Shown here one piece after another: positions 52,210 to 64,000 of a stretch of DNA of 64,000 nucleotides (the first letter of the stretch is position 1; each line of letters starts with the position of its first letter). The notes under the pieces were generated by a model, which was not told the origin of the DNA, searched no databases, and worked only from the letters and a program-made list of their open reading frames with translations. This DNA comes from Escherichia coli (lineage in GTDB: Bacteria; Pseudomonadota; Gammaproteobacteria; Enterobacterales; Enterobacteriaceae): the NCBI RefSeq assembly GCF_050920415.1, contig NZ_CP169309.1. One strand, written 5' to 3'. The position numbers and the translations under genes are program-made.

Positions 52210-52557
52210 ATGAAAGTAAAAAAGGTTCAACTATTAGTTACTTTTTTATCTATGTTTTCTTTTTCCGCCGTCGCAATGCCTTTTAAAACTATTGAACGTG
52301 AGAGTTTCAATGGGGTATGGCCATTTAATACTGATGAGGTTCAATTACAGTGTCTTGATGGTAATCCTTATGTGATGAATTTTGACGATAATAAGTTATA
52401 TGCACTTACAGGTTTGGCTCGAATAAAAGGTAAAACATTTGGTGCGTTACCGTTAGATAACAATAATCCATTTTGGCTAGATAATGATGCCGCCCCAGGG
52501 TTAAAAAAGAGTCTGGGGGATGTCACTAAGGCTGCATTTGATTTATGTGATAAGTAA
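52210..52557 (+). CDS. Secreted protein of unknown function (immunity-region moron)
   Basis: 115 aa with signal peptide MKVKKVQLLVTFLSMFSFSAVA; low-GC gene. Confidence 0.55.
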   Translation: MKVKKVQLLVTFLSMFSFSAVAMPFKTIERESFNGVWPFNTDEVQLQCLDGNPYVMNFDDNKLYALTGLARIKGKTFGALPLDNNNPFWLDNDAAPGLKKSLGDVTKAAFDLCDK

Positions 52558-52562
52558 CTAAA

Positions 52563-53564
52563 ATGTCGGTTCGTAAGATTCCATCAGGTAAATGGCTTTG
52601 CGAATGTTATCCCTACGGGGCATCGGGAAAACGCATTCGTAAACAGTTTGCGACAAAAAGTGAGGCGCTCTCTTATGAGCGCCGTTTAATGAATAGTAGA
52701 GTTGGAGACGAGTTTCAAGATGGTTCTGGTCCTCGTCTTTCTGAGTTGATTGCTCGTTGGTTTGAGATGTACGGTAAAACCTTGTCCTCTGGTGCAGAGC
52801 GCAAAGTCAAACTTGAGGCGATTTGTTCCAGGCTGGGAGATCCATTTGCTTCTCAGTTTGACAAAAATATGTTTGCTACTTATCGGGAAAGAAGGCTATC
52901 AGGAGAATGGAATCCCAAGGGGAAGAAAAAACTTAGTGAAGCAACCGTTAATCGCGAGCAGTCATATCTACATGCTGTTTTTGCCGAACTGAAGCGCCTT
53001 GGGGAGTGGTCTGGTGAAAACCCCCTGACTGGTATTCGCAAGTTTCGTGAGGAAGAAAAGGAACTGGCGTTTCTGTATGTAGATGAGATTGAACGCCTTC
53101 TGATTGCGTGTGATGAGTCACGGAATAAAGATTTGGGGGTTGTTGTCCGTATTGGGCTTGCGACTGGTGCTCGGTGGAGTGAAGCAGAAGGATTAAAGCA
53201 ATCTCAAGTACTGCCCGGTCGAATCACATTTGTTAAAACTAAAGGAAAGAAGAACCGCACTGTACCGATTTCACCTCAATTGCAGGCTATGCTTCCTAAA
53301 AAACGAGGAGCGCTATTTTCACCATGTTATGAGGCTTTTGACGCTGCAATTAAGAGAGCGAAGATCGAGCTTCCTGATGGGCAATTAACTCATGTGCTAC
53401 GTCACACGTTTGCCAGTCATTTTATGATGCGGGGCGGAAATATTCTTGTGTTGCAAAAAATACTGGGGCATAGCGATATAAAAATGACTATGCGTTATGC
53501 GCATTTTGCTCCAGGTCATTTAGAGGCTGCTGTTGAATTGAACCCTTTTGACAATAGAGGGTAA
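52563..53564 (+). CDS. int: Tyrosine integrase (P2 Int-like)
   Basis: 333 aa with catalytic box HVLRHTFASHFMMRGGNILVLQKILGHSDIKMTMRYAHF; adjacent to attR. Confidence 0.9.
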   Translation: MSVRKIPSGKWLCECYPYGASGKRIRKQFATKSEALSYERRLMNSRVGDEFQDGSGPRLSELIARWFEMYGKTLSSGAERKVKLEAICSRLGDPFASQFDKNMFATYRERRLSGEWNPKGKKKLSEATVNREQSYLHAVFAELKRLGEWSGENPLTGIRKFREEEKELAFLYVDEIERLLIACDESRNKDLGVVVRIGLATGARWSEAEGLKQSQVLPGRITFVKTKGKKNRTVPISPQLQAMLPKKRGALFSPCYEAFDAAIKRAKIELPDGQLTHVLRHTFASHFMMRGGNILVLQKILGHSDIKMTMRYAHFAPGHLEAAVELNPFDNRG

Positions 53565-53608
53565 AAAGTGGCGATAAAAAGTGACAATAGATTCAAATGG
53601 CGTTGTAT
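53564..53608 (+). repeat. Candidate arm-type integrase-binding repeats (attR arm)
   Basis: AAAAGTGGCGATA, AAAAGTGACAATA and CAAATGGCGTTGTA; same motif family as 18869..18900. Confidence 0.4.
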
Positions 53609-53670
53609 AGAGCCATTTTCAAAGTTAATAAAATCATAAGGTTATGATTTATAAATGGTGGTTGATAGTT

Positions 53671-53795
53671 TTTAAAATCCCTCGGCGTTCGCGCTGTGCG
53701 GGTTCAAGTCCCGCTCCGGGTACCATGGGAAAGATAAGAATAAAATCAAAGCAATAAGCAGTGTCGTGAAACCACCTTCGGGTGGTTTTTTTGTA
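53671..53795. repeat. attR: 125-bp direct repeat (partial tRNA-Leu 3' end plus terminator)
   Basis: Identical to 18731..18855. Confidence 0.9.
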
Positions 53796-53920
53796 CCTGC
53801 AACTTGTCGTTACACCCTCCTTAATTTTTAATCACCGGCAAAGCCACTCAAAAAGTATCTCTGATACGGACCGACATGTAAGATAGGTGTTGGCGAGTTG
53901 AGATCCACAAGGAAAAGCGT

Positions 53921-54586
53921 ATGAAAACGGGACCGTTAAACGAAAGTGAGTTGGAATGGCTGGACGATATTCTGACCAAATACAACACTGACCACGCCAT
54001 TCTTGATGTGGCGGAGCTGGACGGTTTATTGACGGCGGTGTTGAGTTCTCCGCAAGAGATTGAACCGGCACAGTGGCTGGTTGCCGTATGGGGTGGGGCT
54101 GACTATGTGCCACGCTGGGCGTCAGAGAAAGAGATGACGCGCTTTATGAACCTGGCTTTTCAGCATATGGCCGATACCGCAGAGCGTCTGAACGAATTCC
54201 CGGAGCAGTTTGAGCCGTTATTCGGCTTGCGAGAAGTCGATGGCAGCGAGCTGACGATTGTTGAGGAGTGGTGCTTTGGCTATATGCGGGGCGTGGCACT
54301 TTCTGACTGGTCAACGTTGCCCGATTCGTTAAAACCGGCGCTGGAGGCGATTGCGCTGCACGGTACTGAGGAAAACTTCGAGCGGGTAGAGAAGATGTCG
54401 CCAGAAGCGTTTGAAGAGAGCGTAGATGCCATTCGACTGGCGGCGCTTGATTTACATGCATACTGGATGGCGCATCCGCAGGAAAAAGCTGTTCAGCAAC
54501 CGATCAAAGCAGAAGAGAAACCGGGTCGTAACGATCCTTGTCCGTGCGGCAGTGGTAAGAAATTTAAGCAGTGCTGCCTGCATTAA
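53921..54586 (+). CDS. yecA: SEC-C motif protein YecA
   Basis: 221 aa; C-terminal [13 protein letters not shown]. Confidence 0.9.
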   Translation: MKTGPLNESELEWLDDILTKYNTDHAILDVAELDGLLTAVLSSPQEIEPAQWLVAVWGGADYVPRWASEKEMTRFMNLAFQHMADTAERLNEFPEQFEPLFGLREVDGSELTIVEEWCFGYMRGVALSDWSTLPDSLKPALEAIALHGTEENFERVEKMSPEAFEESVDAIRLAALDLHAYWMAHPQEKAVQQPIKAEEKPGRNDPCPCGSGKKFKQCCLH

Positions 54587-54635
54587 GAGGTCAAATTGGG
54601 TGTCAGCGTTAATTCTGGCACCCAATAAGATCTAA

Positions 54636-55847
54636 TCATCCCACTTCTGGTAACAAGCCTGCCGCAATCAAAAATTGCACGCCAATCACAGCAATACCAC
54701 AGAGAAACACCACCACCAGCGCTGGACGACCACCTTTCACCCGGTAACCCGCCTGAGGATTGTGCTTTCTGCTTTGCCAGGTCAACAGCGAAGGGATAAT
54801 CAATGCCAGTACCGCCAGCGCCACACCGGCGTAACCCAGCGCCATTACAAATCCTCGTGGATAAAACAGTGCAAACGCTAACGGCGGCAGAAAGGTAATT
54901 GCACCAGTTTGCAATCGTCCACCAACGGTATTTGAACGCTGAAACAAATCTGCCAGATAATCAAATAAACCTAACGCAACGCCGAGGAATGACGTGGCGA
55001 GGGCTAAATCAGCAAATAAATGCACCGCCAGCTCAACATGCGGAGAGGCCACCATTTCGCGTAACGCCTGTAACAGCCCGTTTAATCCGGCATGATTAGC
55101 CAGCAATCCCATAAAGGTTGTTGAATCAATGCTGCCAAGCGTCGCCAGCTGCCAGAAAATATATGCCACCAGGGGGATCGCACTACCGGTTATAAACACC
55201 CAGCGTAGCTTACGAATATTGCCATCCATATAACTGACAATGCTCGGCACGCTACCGTGAAAACCAAACGACGTAAAAATCACTGGGATTGCAGACAGTG
55301 CCAGCCCCTGTTGCAACGGCAGGGTTAAAAGATTCACCTTATGAATATGCGGAAGTAGCAGTACCAGCATCACCACCAGAAAAATAATTTTGGCGCTGAA
55401 CAGAAAACGGTTAAATAAATCGACCAGCGAAGTTCCGACACAAACCACGCCACCGGCAACAAAAGTGAACAACAGCACGCCAGCGGTTGCCGACATTGAA
55501 ATACCTGTCCAGTCGCTGATGCTGGAAGCCAACAATTCACCAGCACCACTGATGTATGCCGCAGTCAGAGCATACATTAAGAACATCATACTGAAGCCCG
55601 TCAGCCACTGACCGTAGCGTCCCAGATAGCGTTTTGCCAGCGTGCCCAGACCGGTATCTGCCGGGACATGCTGGTACACCTCCAGTAGTAATAGCGCCGT
55701 GTAGCACATCAACGCCCAAAGCCCAATCAACAAGATTAACGTGACGCTAAAACCAACACCTGCCGCAGCCAGCGGCATTGCCAGCATGCCTGCGCCAATT
55801 GTGGTTCCCGCCACGATAAAAACACTTCCCAGAGTTCTGTTTTTCAC
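54636..55847 (-). CDS. tyrP: Tyrosine-specific transport protein
   Basis: 403 aa polytopic membrane ORF; synteny. Confidence 0.95.
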   Translation of the reverse strand: MKNRTLGSVFIVAGTTIGAGMLAMPLAAAGVGFSVTLILLIGLWALMCYTALLLLEVYQHVPADTGLGTLAKRYLGRYGQWLTGFSMMFLMYALTAAYISGAGELLASSISDWTGISMSATAGVLLFTFVAGGVVCVGTSLVDLFNRFLFSAKIIFLVVMLVLLLPHIHKVNLLTLPLQQGLALSAIPVIFTSFGFHGSVPSIVSYMDGNIRKLRWVFITGSAIPLVAYIFWQLATLGSIDSTTFMGLLANHAGLNGLLQALREMVASPHVELAVHLFADLALATSFLGVALGLFDYLADLFQRSNTVGGRLQTGAITFLPPLAFALFYPRGFVMALGYAGVALAVLALIIPSLLTWQSRKHNPQAGYRVKGGRPALVVVFLCGIAVIGVQFLIAAGLLPEVG

Positions 55848-56036
55848 GCTTTCTTCTGTCCTGACGATCTTTATGAGTGATATCTGCGGCGCAGGTTAAG
55901 GCATAACGGCGGATTCGTCAAACCGGCGTTACATATGGTGTAAATATAAATGTACAATAAAATGCGTTCAGTCCTGCGCTGGCGCAAAGTCTTGGTAAGC
56001 GGCAATCGCTACGCTAGCCTTTTTTGAGGAGGAACG

Positions 56037-56276
56037 ATGGACTCTATTCACGGTCATGAAGTGTTAAATATGATGATTGAATCAGGCGAGCAATATACGC
56101 ATGCCAGTCTGGAAGCAGCGATTAAAGCGCGTTTTGGTGAACAGGCACATTTTCACACCTGCTCGGCAGAAGGGATGACAGCGGGAGAGCTGGTAGCGTT
56201 TCTGGCAGCAAAAGGCAAATTTATACCTTCGGAAGACGGTTTTTCAACCGATCAGAGTAAGATTTGCCGTCACTGA
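56037..56276 (+). CDS. yecH: Small protein YecH
   Basis: 79 aa ORF; synteny. Confidence 0.8.
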   Translation: MDSIHGHEVLNMMIESGEQYTHASLEAAIKARFGEQAHFHTCSAEGMTAGELVAFLAAKGKFIPSEDGFSTDQSKICRH

Positions 56277-56313
56277 TTTGAAACGGCGGCAGTAAACCTG
56301 CCGCCGGAGAACA

Positions 56314-56811
56314 TTAGTTTTGTGTGTCGAGGGTGGAGAGTTCTTTGTCGATAAAATACAAACCTTCGCCGCTTTTGCCTGCCAGGCTTAATTTATCAAT
56401 AATCGATTTGAACAGCTTCTCTTCTTCATGCTGCTCAGAAACATACCATTGCAGGAAATTAAATGTTGGGTAGTCCTGATTGGTCATTGCAGCATGAGCC
56501 AGTTCGTTAATTTTCTGCGTGATTAATTGTTCGTGTTTATAGGTTTCCTGGAATAATTCATCAAGTGAAGAATATTCAGCAAACGGAGATTCAACGGTAT
56601 TAATACGCGGTAAGTTGCCGGTATCAGTCAGATAATCAAACAGACGCTGCATATGCGTCATCTCTTCCTGGGCGTGACGGCGCAGGAACGCGGCAGCACC
56701 TTCGAAGGTATGATAGCTGCACCAGGCGCTCATTTGCTGATAAAGCAGTGAAGAGTACAGTTCCAGGTTCATCTGCTCATTAAGTTTTTCAATCATTTCT
56801 GGTTTCAGCAT
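56314..56811 (-). CDS. ftnA: Ferritin FtnA
   Basis: Start trimmed to [13 protein letters not shown] (165 aa); ferritin-like four-helix bundle. Confidence 0.9.
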
Positions 56812-56982
56812 GATAGTGCTCCACAAAGGTTATATTTGTTGCAGTGGCGTCACTATAATTTGTTATTTTATTATTTGCAAAAGGTAAAATATAAACTTCA
56901 TTTATTAAAAATACGAATGGGAATAAAACGCATTACTGATATTTATTTAATCAGCGAAGATCCCCCTCGCTGATTAAAACAT

Positions 56983-57306
56983 TTAGAGAAAGACAGGGAA
57001 GGCGGAATGATGGCACTGATATGACAAAGTGAATTCCGTATTCAAACATAAGGAACCCGCAAAGAGGCTACAGTTGCCTACTGGCTGACCAAAGGGGATA
57101 GCGTGGGTATAGCCTTCCTGCTGGCATGCGCGATCGGCGATCCCGCGACTGATATAACGATCGGTACGGGCATGCTGCAAAAAAGCCTGATCATAAACCA
57201 ACCGAACAATACCTGTTGCCGCGTCAACTTCGCCCACATGAGCCTGGCGAGTAACTGTGCACCCCGCCAGCGTTATTAATGAAAGAGTCAGAATCAGAAG
57301 TCTCAT
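56983..57306 (-). CDS. yecR: Lipoprotein YecR
   Basis: 107 aa with lipobox LTLAGC; synteny. Confidence 0.75.
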   Translation of the reverse strand: MRLLILTLSLITLAGCTVTRQAHVGEVDAATGIVRLVYDQAFLQHARTDRYISRGIADRACQQEGYTHAIPFGQPVGNCSLFAGSLCLNTEFTLSYQCHHSAFPVFL

Positions 57307-57568
57307 GGTCCAGCCAGAAGAGTAAAAGAAAGCAGTATTTTACGCGTTACAGCGCTGCGACAATGGCCGGAAAAGACGCCTGGCAGGCGCTATTTCTCGC
57401 CATCTGTATGTGTCAGAAATGGGGGGGCTGCTTTTTGATTATCATTTTTATAACATTAAAGGGGTATTTATGTGATTTGCATCACATAAAGATTGATTTT
57501 TGTGATGATTGTCATATTATAAGTGCAAAGACAATAACACCTGCATAACAAATAGTCGGAGTGCCGCG

Positions 57569-57655
57569 ATGAAACTGCGCAAGATCCTGAAAAGTATGTT
57601 CAATAACTATTGCAAGACGTTCAAAGACGTACCGCCAGGGAATATGTTCCGATAA
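57569..57655 (+). CDS. azuC: Small protein AzuC (28 aa)
   Basis: ATG...TAA encoding MKLRKILKSMFNNYCKTFKDVPPGNMFR; synteny between yecR and yecJ. Confidence 0.75.
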   Translation: MKLRKILKSMFNNYCKTFKDVPPGNMFR

Positions 57656-57769
57656 CAAAAAACCTGCTCCGGCAGGTTTTTTTGTGTCCTGATGACGGTG
57701 GTTGTGACTATCGCTGAAGAAGTGAAGCCGCTACTATAACGGCTTTCAAAATGCTATCAGGAGTTTACG

Positions 57770-58021
57770 ATGTCCCAGCCGCTGAATGCCGATCAGGAAC
57801 TGGTTTCTGACGTGGTTGCTTGCCAGTTGGTTATCAAACAAATTCTGGATGTTCTCGATGTGATCGCACCCGTTGAAGTTCGCGAAAAAATGTCCAGCCA
57901 GCTGAAGAATATCGACTTTACTCACCATCCCGCCGCCGCAGACCCGGTCACCATGCGGGCAATCCAAAAAGCTATCGCGCTGATTGACCTCAAGTTTACC
58001 CCACAAGGCGAATCCCATTAA
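57770..58021 (+). CDS. yecJ: Small protein YecJ
   Basis: 83 aa ORF; synteny. Confidence 0.8.
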   Translation: MSQPLNADQELVSDVVACQLVIKQILDVLDVIAPVEVREKMSSQLKNIDFTHHPAAADPVTMRAIQKAIALIDLKFTPQGESH

Positions 58022-58098
58022 AAAACCGCTGCTTCAAAAAGATGAGGCAGCGGTTTCTCAAAAACTTCATCGGCGCAATGCATTAGCGCCGATGATGA

Positions 58099-58602
58099 TC
58101 AATGCAGCTGATGCGACACGACATTCAGAACATGTTGGTCGGTCTGCACAGGGCACATACCAGCAAGTTTCGCACTGCGCACTTCATCAAGAATGGTTTG
58201 CAGCAACAGGCCATCATGCTGCTGCTCTTTTTCCAGATCGCGCAGGAAATTGACGGTTGAATCATCATTCAGTTCTTTAGCTTCATCGGCTAACTGTGCC
58301 AGCGTGCTTGAACGTTGCTCGTATTCTTCCATCGTTTTTTGGAAAAGTTCTTCCAGTGAGTTCAGTTTTTCACCGGGAACATCAATGGCTTTAACGATGG
58401 GAGTAGCGCCGACACTCTTCATAAAGTTAAACATGCGCATCATTTGGGTCACGTTACTCTGTGCCTGGGCGCGAAGGAAAGTGGCGGTGCCGTTCAGACT
58501 CTGTTCAGAACACCAGTTACTCAGGTGAAGGTAGAGATTGGATGCGTAAAACTCGCGGTTCATTTGAGAGTTGAGTTTGAGAAGCATTCCAGCGGTTGCC
58601 AT
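58099..58602 (-). CDS. ftnB: Ferritin-like protein FtnB
   Basis: 167 aa ferritin-like ORF. Confidence 0.85.
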   Translation of the reverse strand: MATAGMLLKLNSQMNREFYASNLYLHLSNWCSEQSLNGTATFLRAQAQSNVTQMMRMFNFMKSVGATPIVKAIDVPGEKLNSLEELFQKTMEEYEQRSSTLAQLADEAKELNDDSTVNFLRDLEKEQQHDGLLLQTILDEVRSAKLAGMCPVQTDQHVLNVVSHQLH

Positions 58603-59398
58603 ACCTAATATCCTTATATCCAGAAGTGGAGAGGTGCAAGATAAATCAAAACACCATAATTACTGTTTGCAGAATAATTCCTTTCTGCCGGTCCGAAATG
58701 TGATCGTGGAGTCAATTCTGACGATGATCTGAAATAAGAATAACGTCTGAACGGGTATAAGAAAATGCTTAAATCATCAAGTTTATATATTTTTACATTT
58801 CATTGATGAAATCAATGTAACTGCAATGAATTTTAATGATGATGCTTTTTGTATCTTGTTGATATTAATAGGGGGATTTGAATTCATGATGAAGCAATGA
58901 TTTTTTAAAACGTTTTTTCATTTTTGCGATAAGGCTCTCAGTATACGTGTTCTGTTAATTAATGAGCACGGTGATAATTAATGGCGAAATGAATGACGCT
59001 CATTTTCCACATCTTTGAATTGCGGTTATTACACCATTTCAAAAGCTCAACGCCAGGTAATGTGGCCAATTGACTGGTTAAAAAGAAGACGTTCCGTATG
59101 AGTACAAAACACAACAAGGATTTCCAGGCTAATCTTATGGATTAATCTGCTGTGTACTCGATGATTTGTCTGACAAATAAGCCTTTCTCTATGTCTTTTC
59201 CCGCTAAATTTATGCACGTTCTCACTGTAATTCTGCGATGTGATATTGCTCTCCTATGGAGAATTAATTTCTCGCTAAAACTATGTCAACACAGTTACTT
59301 ATCTTTTAGTTAAAAGGTAATGCTTTGTTTTCCGATTAAATTAACGAGAGTTATTCGTTTTTGCCCTACACAAAACGACACTAAAGCTGGAGAGAACC

Positions 59399-60388
59399 AT
59401 GCACAAATTTACTAAAGCCCTGGCAGCCATTGGTCTGGCAGCCGTTATGTCACAATCCGCTATGGCGGAGAACCTGAAGCTCGGTTTCCTGGTGAAGCAA
59501 CCGGAAGAGCCGTGGTTCCAGACCGAATGGAAGTTTGCCGATAAAGCCGGGAAGGATTTAGGGTTTGAAGTTATTAAGATTGCCGTGCCGGATGGCGAAA
59601 AAACATTGAACGCGATCGACAGCCTGGCTGCCAGTGGCGCGAAAGGTTTCGTTATTTGTACTCCGGACCCGAAACTCGGCTCTGCCATCGTGGCGAAAGC
59701 GCGTGGCTACGATATGAAAGTCATTGCCGTGGATGACCAGTTTGTTAACGCCAAAGGCAAGCCAATGGATACCGTTCCGCTGGTGATGATGGCAGCGACC
59801 AAAATTGGCGAACGTCAGGGCCAGGAACTGTATAAAGAGATGCAGAAACGTGGCTGGGATGTCAAAGAAAGCGCGGTGATGGCGATTACCGCCAACGAAC
59901 TGGATACGGCTCGTCGCCGTACTACGGGTTCTATGGATGCGCTGAAAGCTGCAGGATTCCCGGAAAAACAAATTTATCAGGTACCTACCAAATCTAACGA
60001 CATCCCGGGGGCATTTGACGCTGCCAACTCAATGCTGGTTCAACATCCGGAAGTTAAACATTGGCTGATCGTCGGTATGAACGACAGCACCGTGCTGGGC
60101 GGCGTACGCGCGACGGAAGGTCAGGGCTTTAAAGCGGCCGATATTATCGGTATCGGTATTAACGGTGTGGATGCGGTGAGCGAACTGTCTAAGGCACAGG
60201 CAACCGGCTTCTACGGATCACTGCTGCCAAGCCCGGATGTACATGGTTATAAGTCCAGCGAAATGCTTTACAACTGGGTCGCAAAAGGTGTCGAACCGAC
60301 CAAATTCACCGAAGTTACCGACGTGGTGCTGATCACGCGTGACAACTTTAAAGAAGAACTGGAGAAAAAAGGTTTAGGCGGTAAGTAA
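59399..60388 (+). CDS. araF: L-arabinose-binding periplasmic protein
   Basis: 329 aa with signal peptide; synteny with araG and araH. Confidence 0.95.
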   Translation: MHKFTKALAAIGLAAVMSQSAMAENLKLGFLVKQPEEPWFQTEWKFADKAGKDLGFEVIKIAVPDGEKTLNAIDSLAASGAKGFVICTPDPKLGSAIVAKARGYDMKVIAVDDQFVNAKGKPMDTVPLVMMAATKIGERQGQELYKEMQKRGWDVKESAVMAITANELDTARRRTTGSMDALKAAGFPEKQIYQVPTKSNDIPGAFDAANSMLVQHPEVKHWLIVGMNDSTVLGGVRATEGQGFKAADIIGIGINGVDAVSELSKAQATGFYGSLLPSPDVHGYKSSEMLYNWVAKGVEPTKFTEVTDVVLITRDNFKEELEKKGLGGK

Positions 60389-60457
60389 TCTGCCGAAAAA
60401 ATTCCCCTCTGCATGATGCAGAGGGGGTGTGAACGACCAGTGATTCACGGAGACGTT

Positions 60458-61972
60458 ATGCAACAGTCTACCCCGTATCTCTCATTTCGCGGCATCGGTA
60501 AAACGTTTCCCGGCGTTAAGGCGCTGACGGATATTAGTTTTGACTGCTATGCCGGTCAGGTTCATGCGTTGATGGGTGAAAATGGCGCAGGAAAATCAAC
60601 TCTCTTAAAAATCCTCAGCGGCAACTATGCGCCAACCACGGGTTCTGTAGTGATTAATGGGCAGGAAATGTCCTTTTCCGACACAACCGCAGCACTTAAC
60701 GCGGGTGTGGCGATTATTTATCAGGAACTGCATCTCGTGCCGGAAATGACCGTCGCGGAAAACATCTATCTCGGCCAGCTTCCTCATAAAGGCGGCATTG
60801 TGAATCGCTCATTGCTGAATTATGAGGCGGGTTTACAACTTAAGCATCTTGGTATGGATATTGACCCGGACACGCCGCTGAAATATCTCTCCATTGGTCA
60901 GTGGCAGATGGTTGAAATTGCCAAAGCGCTGGCGCGTAACGCCAAAATTATCGCCTTTGATGAGCCAACCAGCTCCCTCTCTGCCCGTGAAATCGACAAT
61001 CTTTTCCGCGTTATTCGTGAACTGCGAAAAGAGGGGCGGGTGATCTTATACGTTTCTCACCGTATGGAAGAAATATTTGCCCTCAGCGATGCCATCACCG
61101 TCTTTAAAGATGGGCGTTATGTCAAAACCTTTACTGATATGCAGCAGGTTGACCACGACGCCCTGGTGCAGGCGATGGTCGGGCGCGACATCGGAGATAT
61201 CTACGGTTGGCAACCGCGTAGTTATGGCGAGGAGCGGCTGCGTCTTGATGCTGTGAAAGCACCAGGCGTGCGTACGCCAATAAGTCTGGCGGTTCGCAGT
61301 GGAGAAATTGTCGGTCTGTTTGGTCTGGTCGGGGCAGGGCGTAGCGAATTAATGAAAGGCATGTTTGGCGGTACGCAAATCACCGCCGGTCAGGTTTATA
61401 TCGACCAACGGCCGATTGATATTCGTAAACCGAGCCACGCTATTGCCGCAGGCATGATGCTCTGCCCGGAAGATCGCAAAGCGGAAGGCATTATTCCTGT
61501 GCACTCCGTTCGCGACAATATCAACATCAGTGCCAGACGCAAACATGTGCTCGGCGGTTGTGTAATCAACAACGGTTGGGAAGAAAACAATGCCGATCAC
61601 CACATTCGTTCGCTCAACATCAAAACGCCGGGCGCAGAGCAACTGATCATGAATCTTTCAGGCGGAAATCAGCAAAAAGCCATTCTGGGCCGCTGGTTAT
61701 CGGAAGAGATGAAGGTCATTTTGCTGGATGAACCTACGCGCGGCATTGATGTTGGTGCTAAGCATGAAATTTACAACGTGATTTATGCGCTGGCAGCGCA
61801 GGGCGTGGCGGTGCTGTTTGCCTCCAGCGACTTACCTGAAGTCCTCGGCGTTGCCGACCGGATTGTGGTGATGCGCGAAGGCGAAATCGCCGGTGAATTG
61901 TTACACGAGCAGGCAGATGAGCGTCAGGCATTAAGCCTTGCAATGCCTAAAGTCAGCCAGGCAGTTGCCTGA
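60458..61972 (+). CDS. araG: L-arabinose ABC transporter ATP-binding protein
   Basis: Start trimmed to [10 protein letters not shown] (504 aa); two ABC domains. Confidence 0.95.
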   Translation: MQQSTPYLSFRGIGKTFPGVKALTDISFDCYAGQVHALMGENGAGKSTLLKILSGNYAPTTGSVVINGQEMSFSDTTAALNAGVAIIYQELHLVPEMTVAENIYLGQLPHKGGIVNRSLLNYEAGLQLKHLGMDIDPDTPLKYLSIGQWQMVEIAKALARNAKIIAFDEPTSSLSAREIDNLFRVIRELRKEGRVILYVSHRMEEIFALSDAITVFKDGRYVKTFTDMQQVDHDALVQAMVGRDIGDIYGWQPRSYGEERLRLDAVKAPGVRTPISLAVRSGEIVGLFGLVGAGRSELMKGMFGGTQITAGQVYIDQRPIDIRKPSHAIAAGMMLCPEDRKAEGIIPVHSVRDNINISARRKHVLGGCVINNGWEENNADHHIRSLNIKTPGAEQLIMNLSGGNQQKAILGRWLSEEMKVILLDEPTRGIDVGAKHEIYNVIYALAAQGVAVLFASSDLPEVLGVADRIVVMREGEIAGELLHEQADERQALSLAMPKVSQAVA

Positions 61973-61983
61973 GTAAGGAGAGT

Positions 61984-64000
<2,017 letters not shown>

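Larger units (their letters stand above)
18731..53795. mobile_element. P2-family (Peduovirus-like) prophage integrated in leuZ, about 34.8 kb
   Basis: Bounded by perfect 125-bp direct repeats; contains integrase, CI/Cro switch, replication protein A, portal, terminase, capsid, lysis, baseplate, fiber, sheath/tube/tape measure, gpD and Ogr. Confidence 0.9.

Noticed and set aside
18731-53795. Possibility that the element is a Mu-like transposable phage (because of the Gin-like invertase and G-segment-like fiber switch)
   Set aside because: No transposase genes; the element has a tyrosine integrase, tRNA att duplication, Ogr and P2-type head/tail gene order, so the invertase module is an add-on to a P2 backbone

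Overview
This window looks like an Escherichia coli-type chromosome segment (yedK to otsA, reversed relative to K-12 order) interrupted by an apparently intact ~34.8 kb P2-family prophage inserted in the 3' end of tRNA-Leu (leuZ). All calls are from reading the sequence and the ORF track and from recalled protein families; no database search was run. The host backbone is syntenic with K-12: yedK-yedF-yedE-yedD-amyA-fliTSD-fliC-fliA-fliZ-tcyJ-dcyD-tcyLN-sdiA-yecF-uvrY-uvrC-pgsA-glyW-cysT-leuZ, then the prophage, then yecA-tyrP-yecH-ftnA-yecR-azuC-yecJ-ftnB-araFGH-otsBA. The left edge carries a group II intron maturase fragment, and fliC is a short (443 aa) flagellin variant. The prophage is bounded by perfect 125-bp direct repeats (18731..18855 and 53671..53795) and has P2-like modules: integrase, CI/Cro switch, replication protein A, portal/terminase/capsid, lysis cassette, baseplate, tail fiber and tail genes, gpD and Ogr. 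Points worth a second look: (1) the sheath-tube-E/E'-tape measure-U block is inverted relative to every other late gene and to canonical P2 order; (2) a Pin-family invertase sits beside an invertible tail-fiber segment with a silent alternative fiber cassette; (3) the Q-A cargo slot holds an eight-gene operon with a ParM/ParR-like pair, a small protein carrying a ClpX-type zinc finger, and several unknown small proteins; (4) two unknown genes (one tail-anchored membrane, one secreted) lie between cI and int; (5) a Cys-rich secreted-protein gene in an AT-rich islet near attL is flanked by two diverged ~105-bp direct repeats. No CRISPR array, rRNA or transposase was seen. Gene starts are approximate; several ORF-track starts appear to be upstream extensions and were trimmed.
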